Of a stretch of 64,000 nucleotides of DNA, positions 1-8,650 are shown piece by piece. The translations under genes and the position numbers were made by a program. Within the stretch, counting starts at the first letter, position 1, and every line of letters starts with the position of its first letter. The notes below the pieces were generated by a model. It worked only from the letters and a program-made list of their open reading frames with translations. It ran no database searches and was not told where the DNA came from. This DNA comes from an uncultured bacterium (GTDB taxonomy: Bacteria > Patescibacteriota > Kazan-3B-28), in assembly GCA_963695435.1 (NCBI GenBank), contig OY968788.1, positions 54,781 to 118,780 of the forward strand, in the 5' to 3' direction.

Positions 1-212
1 AAGTCGTTTTGGATAGTGCTTGGGGGAGATGTGCGGGCGGTGAACTTGTTGCCCAACAAAAAATTTGGATTGTTGCTGACTTTACAATTAGGAGACGCCG
101 ATGTGGAGATGGTAAGAGAAACCCTTAAAAAGTTCTTGCCAGAGGAGGCTAGTCGGGGGGAAGATACTGTGGACAAGGTTGGTCGGTTTTTTAAGTTGTA
201 ACCCGAATATAC

Positions 213-289
213 GCGCCTGTAGCTCAGGGGATTAGAGCGCTTAGCTACGGACTAAGAGGTCGGGGGTTCGAATCCCTCCAGGCGTACCA
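213..289 (+). tRNA. tRNA-Arg (anticodon ACG)
   Basis: Cloverleaf read by eye. The 7-bp acceptor stem gcgcctg/caggcgt starts with a G:U pair. The anticodon loop is cuACGga. A canonical T-arm ggttcgaatcc and an encoded CCA are present. Confidence 0.85.
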
Positions 290-295
290 TCGGTT

Positions 296-435
296 TTCAG
301 TAGCGATTAATGGTTTGAAATGGGGCCCCCGAAATGATCCAGCGAAGCGAACATTTTGGGGAAAAGGAAGAGCGTTGAGCGAAAAAGCCGAGCAAGCTTG
401 TCGAGCTCGTGCGTAATGTGAAACTGCTCTGACGT
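296..435 (-). repeat. Inverted copy of the tRNA-trailer repeat element. It is about 85% identical, as a reverse complement, to 1284..1425.
   Basis: The reverse complement of 300-435 aligns with the segment after tRNA-Ser(CGA): ttcacRttacgcacgagctcgacaagctYgctcggc ... ccccaaaatgttcgctWcgctggaWcatttYgggg. Confidence 0.7.
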
Positions 436-525
436 GGAGAGGTGGCTGAGTGGTCGAAAGCGGCACACTGCTAACGTGTTATACCCGCAAGGGTATCGCG
501 GGTTCGAATCCCGCCCTCTCCGCCA
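436..525 (+). tRNA. tRNA-Ser (anticodon GCT), class II with a long variable arm
   Basis: The 5' end ggagaggtggctgagtggtcgaaagcggc is a typical tRNA-Ser D-arm. The anticodon loop is cuGCUaa with one A-C mismatch at the stem base. A long variable arm, a ggttcgaatcc T-arm and CCA are present. Confidence 0.8.
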
Positions 526-707
526 CTGAAAATTCGGCGGGCTTGTCCCGACAAATTTTCAGTGAGGGGGCTGATGAGAACCCATGTGAAACATAGAGGG
601 TTCGCGCACGATGCCGCTCTATAAATTTGTTGTTTTCCATTAGGCGGCGAGTGAAGGGCCCCTGCAGCAAGCAGGGAAAATCTCCCGCCCTCTCTTTAAA
701 TATAAAA

Positions 708-1172
708 ATGTCTAATATGCTACACCAAAGATACATCACCGAAGTTTTGCGCTTGGCGCGTCTGGCTTTAGCAAAAAAGGAAGTTCCGATTGGGGCGATT
801 GTGGTTCATAAAAACGGAACAATTATTGGGCGAGGGTATAATCAAACACACGCCAAAAAAGATGGGCTGCAACACGCAGAACTAATAGCGATCAAGCAGG
901 CGCAGAAAAAAATCGGGGACTGGCGGCTTGATGGAACGAGTTTGTATGTGACGGTCGAGCCGTGTTTGATGTGTCTGGGTGCGGTTGGTAATGCTCGGAT
1001 GAAAGATGTTTATTATTTGTTAACCGATCCCTTGTTTGGTTCGGTAGAAAGTAAGCTATCCAAAGCACAGGTGAAAAAGATTTTCCCGAAATTGGGATGC
1101 CAGAAGCTAAAGGACGATGGTACTGTGGGGGGATTGATGAAAGGGTTTTTTCAGAGTTTGAGAAAGCGGTAA
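708..1172 (+). CDS. tadA: tRNA-specific adenosine deaminase TadA (CDA-fold zinc deaminase)
   Basis: HAELIAI...VEPCLMCLGA zinc-binding motifs are present. The start is placed at the ATG of MSNMLHQRY; the ORF track extends 27 codons further upstream. Confidence 0.85.
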   Translation: MSNMLHQRYITEVLRLARLALAKKEVPIGAIVVHKNGTIIGRGYNQTHAKKDGLQHAELIAIKQAQKKIGDWRLDGTSLYVTVEPCLMCLGAVGNARMKDVYYLLTDPLFGSVESKLSKAQVKKIFPKLGCQKLKDDGTVGGLMKGFFQSLRKR

Positions 1173-1191
1173 GGTACAATTAAATCATTGA

Positions 1192-1283
1192 GGTGAGGTG
1201 GCCGAGTGGTCGAAGGCGGCGCTCTCGAAAAGCGTTATACCCTTCACGGGGTATCGTGGGTTCGAATCCCACCCTCACCGCCA
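1192..1283 (+). tRNA. tRNA-Ser (anticodon CGA), class II
   Basis: The acceptor stem is ggtgagg/cctcacc. The 5' region gtggccgagtggtcgaaggcggc is Ser-like. The anticodon loop is cuCGAaa. A long variable arm and CCA are present. Confidence 0.85.
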
Positions 1284-1440
1284 CGTCGAAATGGCTTCAC
1301 GTTACGCACGAGCTCGACAAGCTCGCTCGGCTATTGGCGTTCAGCATTTCTCCTTTCCCCCAAAATGTTCGCTACGCTGGAACATTTTGGGGACCCCGTT
1401 TTAAGACTCCTTGGTTTGTGATTTTGGTTAGGCTACAAAT
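1284..1440 (+). repeat. tRNA-trailer repeat element. It begins cgtcgaaatggcttc and contains a 13-bp hairpin ccccaaaatgttc/gaacattttgggg, the block cagcatttctcctttc and the motif ttggtttgtgattttggtt.
   Basis: Related copies lie after the tRNAs at 46424, 40111, 46915-47042 (minus) and 526-625. An inverted copy lies at 296-435. Confidence 0.7.
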
Positions 1441-1470
1441 AAAAGACCACTCATGAGGAGTGGCCTTTTA
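1441..1470. terminator. Bidirectional stem-loop terminator
   Basis: The sequence aaaagaccactcatgaggagtggcctttt has the stem ccactc/gagtgg flanked by A/T runs. It lies between the tRNA unit and the convergent pilin gene. Confidence 0.55.
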
Positions 1471-1486
1471 GAAAAACAGAGAAAAG

Positions 1487-1825
1487 TTATCTTCCCAGAG
1501 CGAAGATAGCGTTAACTATCACATACGACAGAATGATAATGACAATACCGGTGATTGCGTTGACGATTTGTTTCTTTGCCAATTCGTCTGCTTTGGGGCC
1601 ACCGACAATGTATTGGATACCAGCGTAGACCAAGTATGCAACAGCGAGGACTCCAGCAATCAAAAGCATCCAGTCAATAATTGTGCCGATGAGGTCGACA
1701 AGGTCCTGAATACTAGTTCCTCCGGATTGGGGAACAGCGCCTGGAAGTTCTGCTGCCAAAACCGGACGAACCCACAAGGCGGCAGAGGCAGCTAACGCTG
1801 TTGCCGCGCGAAACCAATTTTTCAT
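1487..1825 (-). CDS. VirB2/TrbC-like (type IV secretion-type) pilin family membrane protein with a signal peptide
   Basis: The start MKNWFRAATALAASAALWVRPVLAAE is preceded by a GGAG ribosome-binding site. Two C-terminal transmembrane helices are present. It is a paralog of the downstream ORF. Confidence 0.6.
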   Translation of the reverse strand: MKNWFRAATALAASAALWVRPVLAAELPGAVPQSGGTSIQDLVDLIGTIIDWMLLIAGVLAVAYLVYAGIQYIVGGPKADELAKKQIVNAITGIVIIILSYVIVNAIFALGR

Positions 1826-1895
1826 AAAATAACTCCTTGAATATTTTAGTATATGAATATAGTACGCGTTTATTATATCAGAGTTGGGAAAGAAA

Positions 1896-2153
1896 CTAGA
1901 GCTTAAATAACCCACTCGCCAGAGTAACTATGAATGTGGCGAGTATTACGATGATTAGTCCAATGATGGCGGCAGAGAGGGTTTTTTTACCGTTGTCCTT
2001 TTGGCCCATAATATATTGGTAGCCGCCAATAATTAACATTACTACGATAACCGAACCGGCAAGAGACAGAATGACAGTTTGAACATCACCGATGGCATTT
2101 TTTATGCCGTCAAAGAGTTGTCCAATAAGACTATTTTGGCCCCAGTTGTTCAT
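1896..2153 (-). CDS. VirB2/TrbC-like pilin family small membrane protein (paralog)
   Basis: The region GGYQYIMGQKDNGKKTLSAAIIGLIIVIL aligns with AGIQYIVGGPKADELAKKQIVNAITGIVIIIL of 1487..1825. Confidence 0.55.
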   Translation of the reverse strand: MNNWGQNSLIGQLFDGIKNAIGDVQTVILSLAGSVIVVMLIIGGYQYIMGQKDNGKKTLSAAIIGLIIVILATFIVTLASGLFKL

Positions 2154-3499
2154 AGTAGGTTGATATCACGAACTGCGGTATCGATGGCGACCGAAGGAGA
2201 GAGCTTGTCGCGGACAACACTATTAATCATTCTGACGAAAATAGCTTCAACTTCGGCAGTATTTTTCCGGTACCAAGTTTGAGAGTAGGGTATTTGCGCG
2301 GCGACTGCTCCATAGTAGCGGCGACCGGAAGCGGTATCTTTTAGATCCTTGCGAGCGGAAACATAACCAGCAGTACGGGTGAAGGTGCCTTGGTTGCTCC
2401 GCTTTATCATGTAGTTGATGAAGTCCCATGCCTCATTGGGATGCTGGCTGTTTTTGGAAACGGTCTCACCCCAATAATTGGTGATGGTGGCAGGATCTTG
2501 TAGCTGGTTTTGGGGTAAAACAGCGGTTTCAAATTTTAGTTTTGGCGCGAATTTCCGAATATTTTTTATCTGGTAAGCGTAGTTGAGCATCATTGCCGTT
2601 TTCCCTTCCATGAATGCTTGAACATCGGAGGGGAAAAGGCGGTTGCCGGAAGCATCTTTGGCGTCGGTGTAGGTGTAAACAGAGGAAGCGGGGTTGGCAA
2701 ATTGGGCGTAGTAAGCTAATGCTTCCTGCCCGCCCAAGACGGCTGGTTCGCTGCCGGGGACAGGGAGATTGAAGGTAGAGGTTTTGTGATCGGCGGATGT
2801 CATATCAACCCCGTATTGCATCATAAGAGCGGCAACAATATCGGATGCACGAGGAATGCCATCGGTCCCGCCGAGAGGAATGGCAGAGCGGATAATTCTG
2901 CCTCTGCTGTCTTTTTCGGTTAGCTTCGGAACGAGATCAACGAGTTCCTGCAAAGTTTTGGGCGGAGTTTTGATTTTCTTTTCGGTGAAAATGTCGGTGT
3001 TGTAGTAAAGGATCAGATTGTCGATGCCGTAAGGGATGCCGTAGATTTTATCACTGCTGACAAAATCTTGTTGGACGACTTCGGGGAAAATATCTTTGTA
3101 CTGACGCAAGGTCATTGTGCCGGTAGGCATCGGAGAAATCTGGTTGATTTGGTAAGGCAGCCAAGTGTTGTGAATCATAAACATATCCGGCCCACCGCCA
3201 TCGGCGATTGCCTTGATGATGTCGCGCTGGTAGCTATAAATATCGTAGCCCGGTTTAATCTCGATCTTTTTGACCTCGATTGAAATATTGGGGTGCTCGC
3301 TTTGGTAGGACTTTATGTATTCGTCAAAAGTGCTGCTGTCATCCCACAGTCGCCAATACTCTAAAGTAATCGGCTCCTTGGTGATTGGAGTCGGGGTAGT
3401 GGTGTTTGAATTGGAACCTAGCGGCGAACTGCAACGGGCGGCAGTCAGAAGCATGCCCCCCAGAAGCAGAAGAGAAACGGAACGAAATAGTTTTTTCAT
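2150..3499 (-). CDS. ABC transporter substrate-binding protein (family 1 solute-binding, sugar type), lipoprotein
   Basis: A signal peptide with a Cys lipobox (LLTAARCSS) is present. The length and composition are typical of extracellular solute-binding proteins. The stop overlaps the downstream pilin-like gene by 4 nt. Confidence 0.7.
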   Translation of the reverse strand: MKKLFRSVSLLLLGGMLLTAARCSSPLGSNSNTTTPTPITKEPITLEYWRLWDDSSTFDEYIKSYQSEHPNISIEVKKIEIKPGYDIYSYQRDIIKAIADGGGPDMFMIHNTWLPYQINQISPMPTGTMTLRQYKDIFPEVVQQDFVSSDKIYGIPYGIDNLILYYNTDIFTEKKIKTPPKTLQELVDLVPKLTEKDSRGRIIRSAIPLGGTDGIPRASDIVAALMMQYGVDMTSADHKTSTFNLPVPGSEPAVLGGQEALAYYAQFANPASSVYTYTDAKDASGNRLFPSDVQAFMEGKTAMMLNYAYQIKNIRKFAPKLKFETAVLPQNQLQDPATITNYWGETVSKNSQHPNEAWDFINYMIKRSNQGTFTRTAGYVSARKDLKDTASGRRYYGAVAAQIPYSQTWYRKNTAEVEAIFVRMINSVVRDKLSPSVAIDTAVRDINLL

Positions 3500-4371
3500 C
3501 TTCGGCGTACCTTATTAAAAATAATTTGTTTGAGTTCGGGTTGGTCGAGGGCGTATTCCAGCATCGTGTCGAGATAGGTTGCCGGGTCACCAGTGGTGAG
3601 CCATTTGCCGCCTTTTACTTTGCAGGTAGCAACCCGCCCCTTGTGGGCTAAAATTTTGATGCCATCAACAACCCAGTATTCTCCACCCTTTCCTTTCTTG
3701 ATTTTGGCCAAGGCATCAAAGATTTCGGGAGTGAAAAGGTAGCGTCCAAATGAGGCGAGTTGAGATGGAGCTTTGTCGGGTGACGGTTTTTCAACGATGT
3801 CTTCGAGAAAGTCGGTTTTCCCTGACAATTTAACTATGCCATACTTTGACACTTCTTTCTTATCCACTTCCTGTACTCCAATAACGCTACACCCGTATTT
3901 GTGGTAAGCATCAATGAGTTGTTTGGCAAAAGGAACTTTGGATTTTACTAAATCATCGCCGAATGCATATATAAATGGTTCGTTGCCAATAAGATCTTTG
4001 GCGGTGATGGCGGGGAGGGCATTGCCGTAGCCTTCGATTTGGCGCATATAACTGAAACTCGCCAGCTGACTTATTTTTTTGATTCTGGCCACTAACTCTT
4101 TTTTACCTTGGGCGAGTAGCATGTTTTCCAATTCGAACGATGGATCAAAGTGATCCTCGACAGATTTTTTCTGCCAGTTGGTAATCAAAATAATCTCTTT
4201 GATGCCGGCGGCAGACAGTTCTTCGGCAATGTACTGAACAATCGGCTTATCAAGAATTGGAAGCATTTCTTTGGGGCTGGCTTTGGTCGCTGGTAAGAAA
4301 CGAGTGCCGAAACCGGCAATCGCGATGACAGCCTTACGGACTTTGGGCAGTTTGATTGGTTTGGGGGTCAT
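3496..4371 (-). CDS. galU: UTP--glucose-1-phosphate uridylyltransferase
   Basis: AIAGFGTRFLPATKASPKEMLPILDKP is a sugar-nucleotidyltransferase signature. The GalU family layout is present. Confidence 0.85.
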   Translation of the reverse strand: MTPKPIKLPKVRKAVIAIAGFGTRFLPATKASPKEMLPILDKPIVQYIAEELSAAGIKEIILITNWQKKSVEDHFDPSFELENMLLAQGKKELVARIKKISQLASFSYMRQIEGYGNALPAITAKDLIGNEPFIYAFGDDLVKSKVPFAKQLIDAYHKYGCSVIGVQEVDKKEVSKYGIVKLSGKTDFLEDIVEKPSPDKAPSQLASFGRYLFTPEIFDALAKIKKGKGGEYWVVDGIKILAHKGRVATCKVKGGKWLTTGDPATYLDTMLEYALDQPELKQIIFNKVRRR

Positions 4372-4772
4372 GGCTTTTTGATGCGGATTATTTTGGATTG
4401 TCTAGGGTTGAGAATTGGCATAACGATAGTTAGGATCCCCTCGTGAAGGGACGCGCGAGTAGCATCGGGATTGACCGAAACGGGAAGATCGACAGAACGG
4501 GACAGCTCTCCCCAGTAGCATTCTTCGGTATAGGCCCGGTCGGGCTCATCGATGCTGGTTGGCGAAACCGCTGCTTTGTGAATGGTAAGTTGGTTTTGGC
4601 CCAGAGACACGCTGACTTTGTTGATGTCTACTCCTACAATAGGAGCTCTTGCTATCAATTTATCGCCGACACGCAGGATATCAATAGGCAGCTCCAGTTC
4701 CGCTGAATCAGCGGAGGAGGGCTGGTCGGTTGTCTTGGGGTCTGACTTGGTGAAAAAAGTGTCTCGTAACAT
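4368..4772 (-). CDS. Hsp20/alpha-crystallin small heat-shock protein
   Basis: An alpha-crystallin domain is recognisable. The stop overlaps the galU start (ATGA). Confidence 0.75.
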   Translation of the reverse strand: MLRDTFFTKSDPKTTDQPSSADSAELELPIDILRVGDKLIARAPIVGVDINKVSVSLGQNQLTIHKAAVSPTSIDEPDRAYTEECYWGELSRSVDLPVSVNPDATRASLHEGILTIVMPILNPRQSKIIRIKKP

Positions 4773-4855
4773 ACCTATACCAGTATCGGATATCAGAGTG
4801 AGCCCAGCAAGGGGAGAGGGAATAAGAGATGGGGTATAATAAGGAGCGTCGGCTT

Positions 4856-7168
4856 ATGAAAAAACTGATAATCACTAGTCTGGGGGTGTTTGTTGTAATG
4901 GCGGGTTCACTTATGACCTCGCCTAGTTTAGCAGTCGCGCAAGCGGCTGGGCTAAAAGCCGAGCTAGTTTCGGCCAACTCACCGATTACCGCTAAGGCGG
5001 GTACAGCTGTCGAATTTACGGTAGCAATCAAAAACATTGGCAGCACCACATGGACCAATAGTGGCAGTAACGCGGTGAATCTTGGGACTGTAAAACCGAT
5101 GGATCACAAAAGTCGGTTCGCAACTTCCGGCTGGATCGGAAACAACCGACCGGCAACAATGCAAGAAACAACAGTGGCGGCTGGAGAGACGGCGCATTTT
5201 AGATTTTTGGCAGCAGCAACTGGCAGTGGCAAGGTGACTGATTATTTTGGGTTGGTGATGGAGCGAGTGAGCTGGTTTAGTTTATCGATTCCCTTAACCA
5301 TCAATGTCCAGCCGGCAATTTTTAAGGGTGAATTGGTGGCTCAATCGGCAGCTAGTTTTGAATTGAAGACACAGGAAACTGTTACCGTTACAGTTCGTGT
5401 AAAAAATACAGGCGATGTGGCGTGGGCAAACAGCGGGGCAGGAGCAGTGAAGGTTGCAACTAGTAGCCCATTTGATAGAGCGAGCAATTTGTATCATTCG
5501 AGTTGGCTTAGCAAAAATCGAGCGGCGATGGCGAGTACGGTAATAGAATCGGGGGATGGGGGCGAGTTTACTTTTACGATTCAGGCTCCTAACAAGACAG
5601 GCATTTTTAAAGAAGAGTTTAGTTTGGTAGCGGAGGGAACGGCGTGGATACCGATAAAATTTTGGCTAACAGTGAAAGTAGTGCCTGCGGTGTGGTCGGC
5701 GGAGTTGGTTAACCAATCAACCAAAGTCGTGTCTTTGCCGCCGGAGGATACTGCTACTTTGTGGGCGGAGTTTAAGAATACTGGCAATACGACTTGGCGA
5801 GGAGATGGAGCCAACGCGGTTAAATTGGGGACAGCGCGTAAGTTAGATAGAGTCAGCGTATTCCAAGACAGTTCGTGGTTGAGCAAAAATCGAGTGAAGG
5901 CAATTAGTCCGGTGGAGATTGCCCCCGGAGAGACTGGGCGGTTTGAGTTTGCGATCAAAGCGCCTAATAATCTGGGGAAATATCAAGAATATTTTCGGCC
6001 AGTAGTCGAGGGGGTCACATGGCTTAATGACAGCGGTTTGACGTGGGAAATTACAGTAGAAGAAGAGCTAACTATTAAGGATCCAATTCGGGTTGGCATT
6101 GCTTCTACGGCTGACACGATTACGGTTCAGGGAAATAGTTTTGTAATTCGGCGGGGCAGCGACAAGGGATTGGTAAAGAAAGTATCGGGGGGCAGTGTGG
6201 TGGTGACGGCGTTCAATGGCGGGTATAGTTTGAATACGGGCGAGTCGGTAAATGATTGGCTAAGATTTATTCCGCTCAACAATGCGTTGCTGTCGGTTCG
6301 CACAAGCGGGATTGGCAGTAGTTACGATACATTCCGTGGGATTATTGATGTTCGGCGATCAAGTATGTCGGGTAATGTTTGGGTGGTGAATGTATTGGAG
6401 TTTGAAGATTATATGAAGGGGATTGCTGAAGTTCCGGAAGGCTGGCCGGCTGAAGCGCAGAAGGCGCAGATGGTGGCAGCGCGTACTTATGCTGTGACGA
6501 AGTTGAAGGCTCCGGTAGCTGACATTTTTGATATTTATGATGATACTCGGGATCAGGTTTATTACGGATACGATTATGAATCCAGCCGACCAGGACTAGT
6601 TGCGGCGGCGGAATCAACAAGAGGAATAATTATCAAATACAACGGTGTGCCAATCTCTGCTTATTATTTCTCGGACAGTGGCGGTTATACCGAAAATGTG
6701 GAAAATGTTTGGACGAAGACTATCCCGTATCTAAGAGCTGTGCCCGATCCGTATGCTAAGCCGATTGAATGGACGGCGACTTTGACCCAAGATTATTTGC
6801 AAGGTCGTTTTGATGAATCGCTGGATGTTGCTCCGGGCGCGGATGTGATTGTGGGCATTGCGGTAACCGAGCGGAATCCATCGGGCAGATTGAAAACGAT
6901 AACATTTACTATGCAAAGCGGTAAAGTTGTACCGATTTCGTCCAAGACATTTGATTATCTGACCAATGGCAATGAAGTTAAAAGCATGAAATTTGATGTT
7001 GTTGCTACTGGGGACCCCGCACGGCCAGACTTTATTTTTACCGGACAAGGTTGGGGTCATGGCGTGGGGATGGCGCAGTGGGGCGCGAAGAATATGGCTT
7101 TGCAGGGTAAAAATTATCAGGAAATTCTGACTTATTATTACACTGGTGTTACCGTCGGCTCTCGATAA
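4856..7168 (+). CDS. Secreted SpoIID/LytB-domain protein. Three N-terminal tandem repeats of about 120 aa with an Ig-like beta-sandwich are followed by a C-terminal SpoIID amidase-enhancer/lytic domain.
   Basis: The start is chosen at MKKLIITSL, with AAGGAG 9 nt upstream; the ORF track starts 9 codons earlier. The repeats read TVKV.NTG...W.NSG...LVAEG.AWI. The C-terminus has the SpoIID-type YYFSDSGGYTENVENVW. Confidence 0.8.
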   Translation: MKKLIITSLGVFVVMAGSLMTSPSLAVAQAAGLKAELVSANSPITAKAGTAVEFTVAIKNIGSTTWTNSGSNAVNLGTVKPMDHKSRFATSGWIGNNRPATMQETTVAAGETAHFRFLAAATGSGKVTDYFGLVMERVSWFSLSIPLTINVQPAIFKGELVAQSAASFELKTQETVTVTVRVKNTGDVAWANSGAGAVKVATSSPFDRASNLYHSSWLSKNRAAMASTVIESGDGGEFTFTIQAPNKTGIFKEEFSLVAEGTAWIPIKFWLTVKVVPAVWSAELVNQSTKVVSLPPEDTATLWAEFKNTGNTTWRGDGANAVKLGTARKLDRVSVFQDSSWLSKNRVKAISPVEIAPGETGRFEFAIKAPNNLGKYQEYFRPVVEGVTWLNDSGLTWEITVEEELTIKDPIRVGIASTADTITVQGNSFVIRRGSDKGLVKKVSGGSVVVTAFNGGYSLNTGESVNDWLRFIPLNNALLSVRTSGIGSSYDTFRGIIDVRRSSMSGNVWVVNVLEFEDYMKGIAEVPEGWPAEAQKAQMVAARTYAVTKLKAPVADIFDIYDDTRDQVYYGYDYESSRPGLVAAAESTRGIIIKYNGVPISAYYFSDSGGYTENVENVWTKTIPYLRAVPDPYAKPIEWTATLTQDYLQGRFDESLDVAPGADVIVGIAVTERNPSGRLKTITFTMQSGKVVPISSKTFDYLTNGNEVKSMKFDVVATGDPARPDFIFTGQGWGHGVGMAQWGAKNMALQGKNYQEILTYYYTGVTVGSR

Positions 7169-7841
7169 AGTAGGGACATTTGTGCGGGACGCGATTGCGC
7201 CGGCGTTTTGTGTGCAGTGTGGGACATCCGGTGGGTGGCTGTGTTCGGTATGTGCCGAGCAAATTTTTTTAGTGAAAGAGCAGGTTTGTTACCGATGCAG
7301 CAAATTGAGCGAACACGGCAAAACTTGTGAAAGATGTAGGAGACACACGGAACTAAATGGCGTAATCGTGGCGACACACTATGAAAGTGGGCCAGTGCGG
7401 GAGCTGGTTCATAAATTGAAGTATGAGGGGCTGACCGATTTGGCGGGAATCTTGGGTTGGATTTTATTTCAGGGAACTGTAGTAAAAGAATGGAAAGATT
7501 GGGTAGTAGTGCCTGTCCCATTACACCCAAGTAAATTTTCTAGTCGGGGGTTCAACCAAGCGGACTTGTTGGCGTCTCGGTTGGCGAAGTATTTGAAGTT
7601 GCCGTATCAAATAAAATGGCTTAGGCGAGTGCGGGCAACGGAAACTCAAACAGAGCTGACTCGTTCGCATCGCCAAGTAAATGTATATAAGGCTTTTTCA
7701 GCGAGGGGCGACTTGAGGGGGAGGAAGATTTTGCTGGTGGACGATGTAATGACGACGGGTGCGACACTGGAGGCGGCAGCACAGGCATTGAAGGACGCGG
7801 GGGCACGGCAAATCTGGGGAGTCGTAGTGGCACGCGGTTAG
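7146..7841 (+). CDS. comFC: ComF family protein (phosphoribosyltransferase domain, N-terminal Cys4 zinc finger)
   Basis: CVQCG...CSVC and CYRC...CERC zinc knuckles are present. The C-terminal PRTase motif is ILLVDDVMTTGATL. A GTG start overlaps the previous gene, so the start is uncertain. Confidence 0.75.
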   Translation: MLPSALDKVGTFVRDAIAPAFCVQCGTSGGWLCSVCAEQIFLVKEQVCYRCSKLSEHGKTCERCRRHTELNGVIVATHYESGPVRELVHKLKYEGLTDLAGILGWILFQGTVVKEWKDWVVVPVPLHPSKFSSRGFNQADLLASRLAKYLKLPYQIKWLRRVRATETQTELTRSHRQVNVYKAFSARGDLRGRKILLVDDVMTTGATLEAAAQALKDAGARQIWGVVVARG

Positions 7842-7879
7842 TTGCTATAATGCGGGAGTAGATTTTTTACAGGGAGTTT

Positions 7880-8650
7880 ATGACTATTCGAGTAAAAGCG
7901 CCAATGAGAGTCTGTTTTGGGGGAGGGCTTTTGGATATTTTCCCGATAAATGCGATTGTCGGAGGGTATACCGTAAATGCTGCAATTGATAAATTCGTCA
8001 CGGTTGAAATTGAAGACGGCGAAGGTTTGAAAATTAATGCCAGAAACGAAGAGCTTCCTGGGCTTCTGGCTGATATCTACAATCTAAAAAATAAAACCAT
8101 CACGATTAGCGAAGATGTTTTTGGGTTTAGAGGATTTGCCCAAAGTGCCGCTTTGGGAGTGGCACTAGGGTTTGCCGCGACCGGAGACAAGGAGACAGCG
8201 GCTCTGATTTCCTACGAAACAGAAAATAAGATTTTGGGAGTTATGGGCGGATACCAGGATCAAATTGCGGCGAGTAGAGGAGGTTTCAATATTATTACGA
8301 ATCGCGCCGGCGCCTACAGCGTAGAAACTCTGACTGATTTCAACCAAGATTTTCTGGAGAGAATAAAAAAAGCAATTCCGTTCTACTCCAAAGCATATGC
8401 CCATAGTGGATTGAAAAATGAGGAAGTGGTGGATAAGGTTGTGGCTGGGGACGAAGAAACTATTAGTATTCTAAAAGAGCTTCGTAACTGCACCGAACAC
8501 ATAGTGCAGGCTCTAAGAGAGCAAAATGCGGATGAATTTATCAAATGGTGTTTGGAAGAAAGGCGGCACCACGATAAATTGCGCCAACGCGAAGGCGAGC
8601 AGTTGGTGGGATACAACTTCGAGTTTGAGGGCGTAAGAAAAATAGACTAG
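7880..8650 (+). CDS. GHMP-kinase-like protein (sugar/mevalonate-kinase fold), function unknown
   Basis: The N-terminus RVCFGGGLLD and the block GGYQDQIAASRGG are present. The glycine-rich motif is weak. An AGGGAG ribosome-binding site precedes the ATG. Confidence 0.45.
   Translation: MTIRVKAPMRVCFGGGLLDIFPINAIVGGYTVNAAIDKFVTVEIEDGEGLKINARNEELPGLLADIYNLKNKTITISEDVFGFRGFAQSAALGVALGFAATGDKETAALISYETENKILGVMGGYQDQIAASRGGFNIITNRAGAYSVETLTDFNQDFLERIKKAIPFYSKAYAHSGLKNEEVVDKVVAGDEETISILKELRNCTEHIVQALREQNADEFIKWCLEERRHHDKLRQREGEQLVGYNFEFEGVRKID

Noticed and set aside
245-466. ORF-track ORFs overlapping tRNA genes and trailer repeats: 245..466(-), 1193..1456(+), 1198..1404(+), 1206..1421(+), 35264..35494(-), 39965..40153(-), 46915..47100(+)
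   Set aside because: They are translated across tRNA cloverleaves and repeat elements. They have no ribosome-binding sites and low-complexity or improbable products. They are regarded as non-coding.
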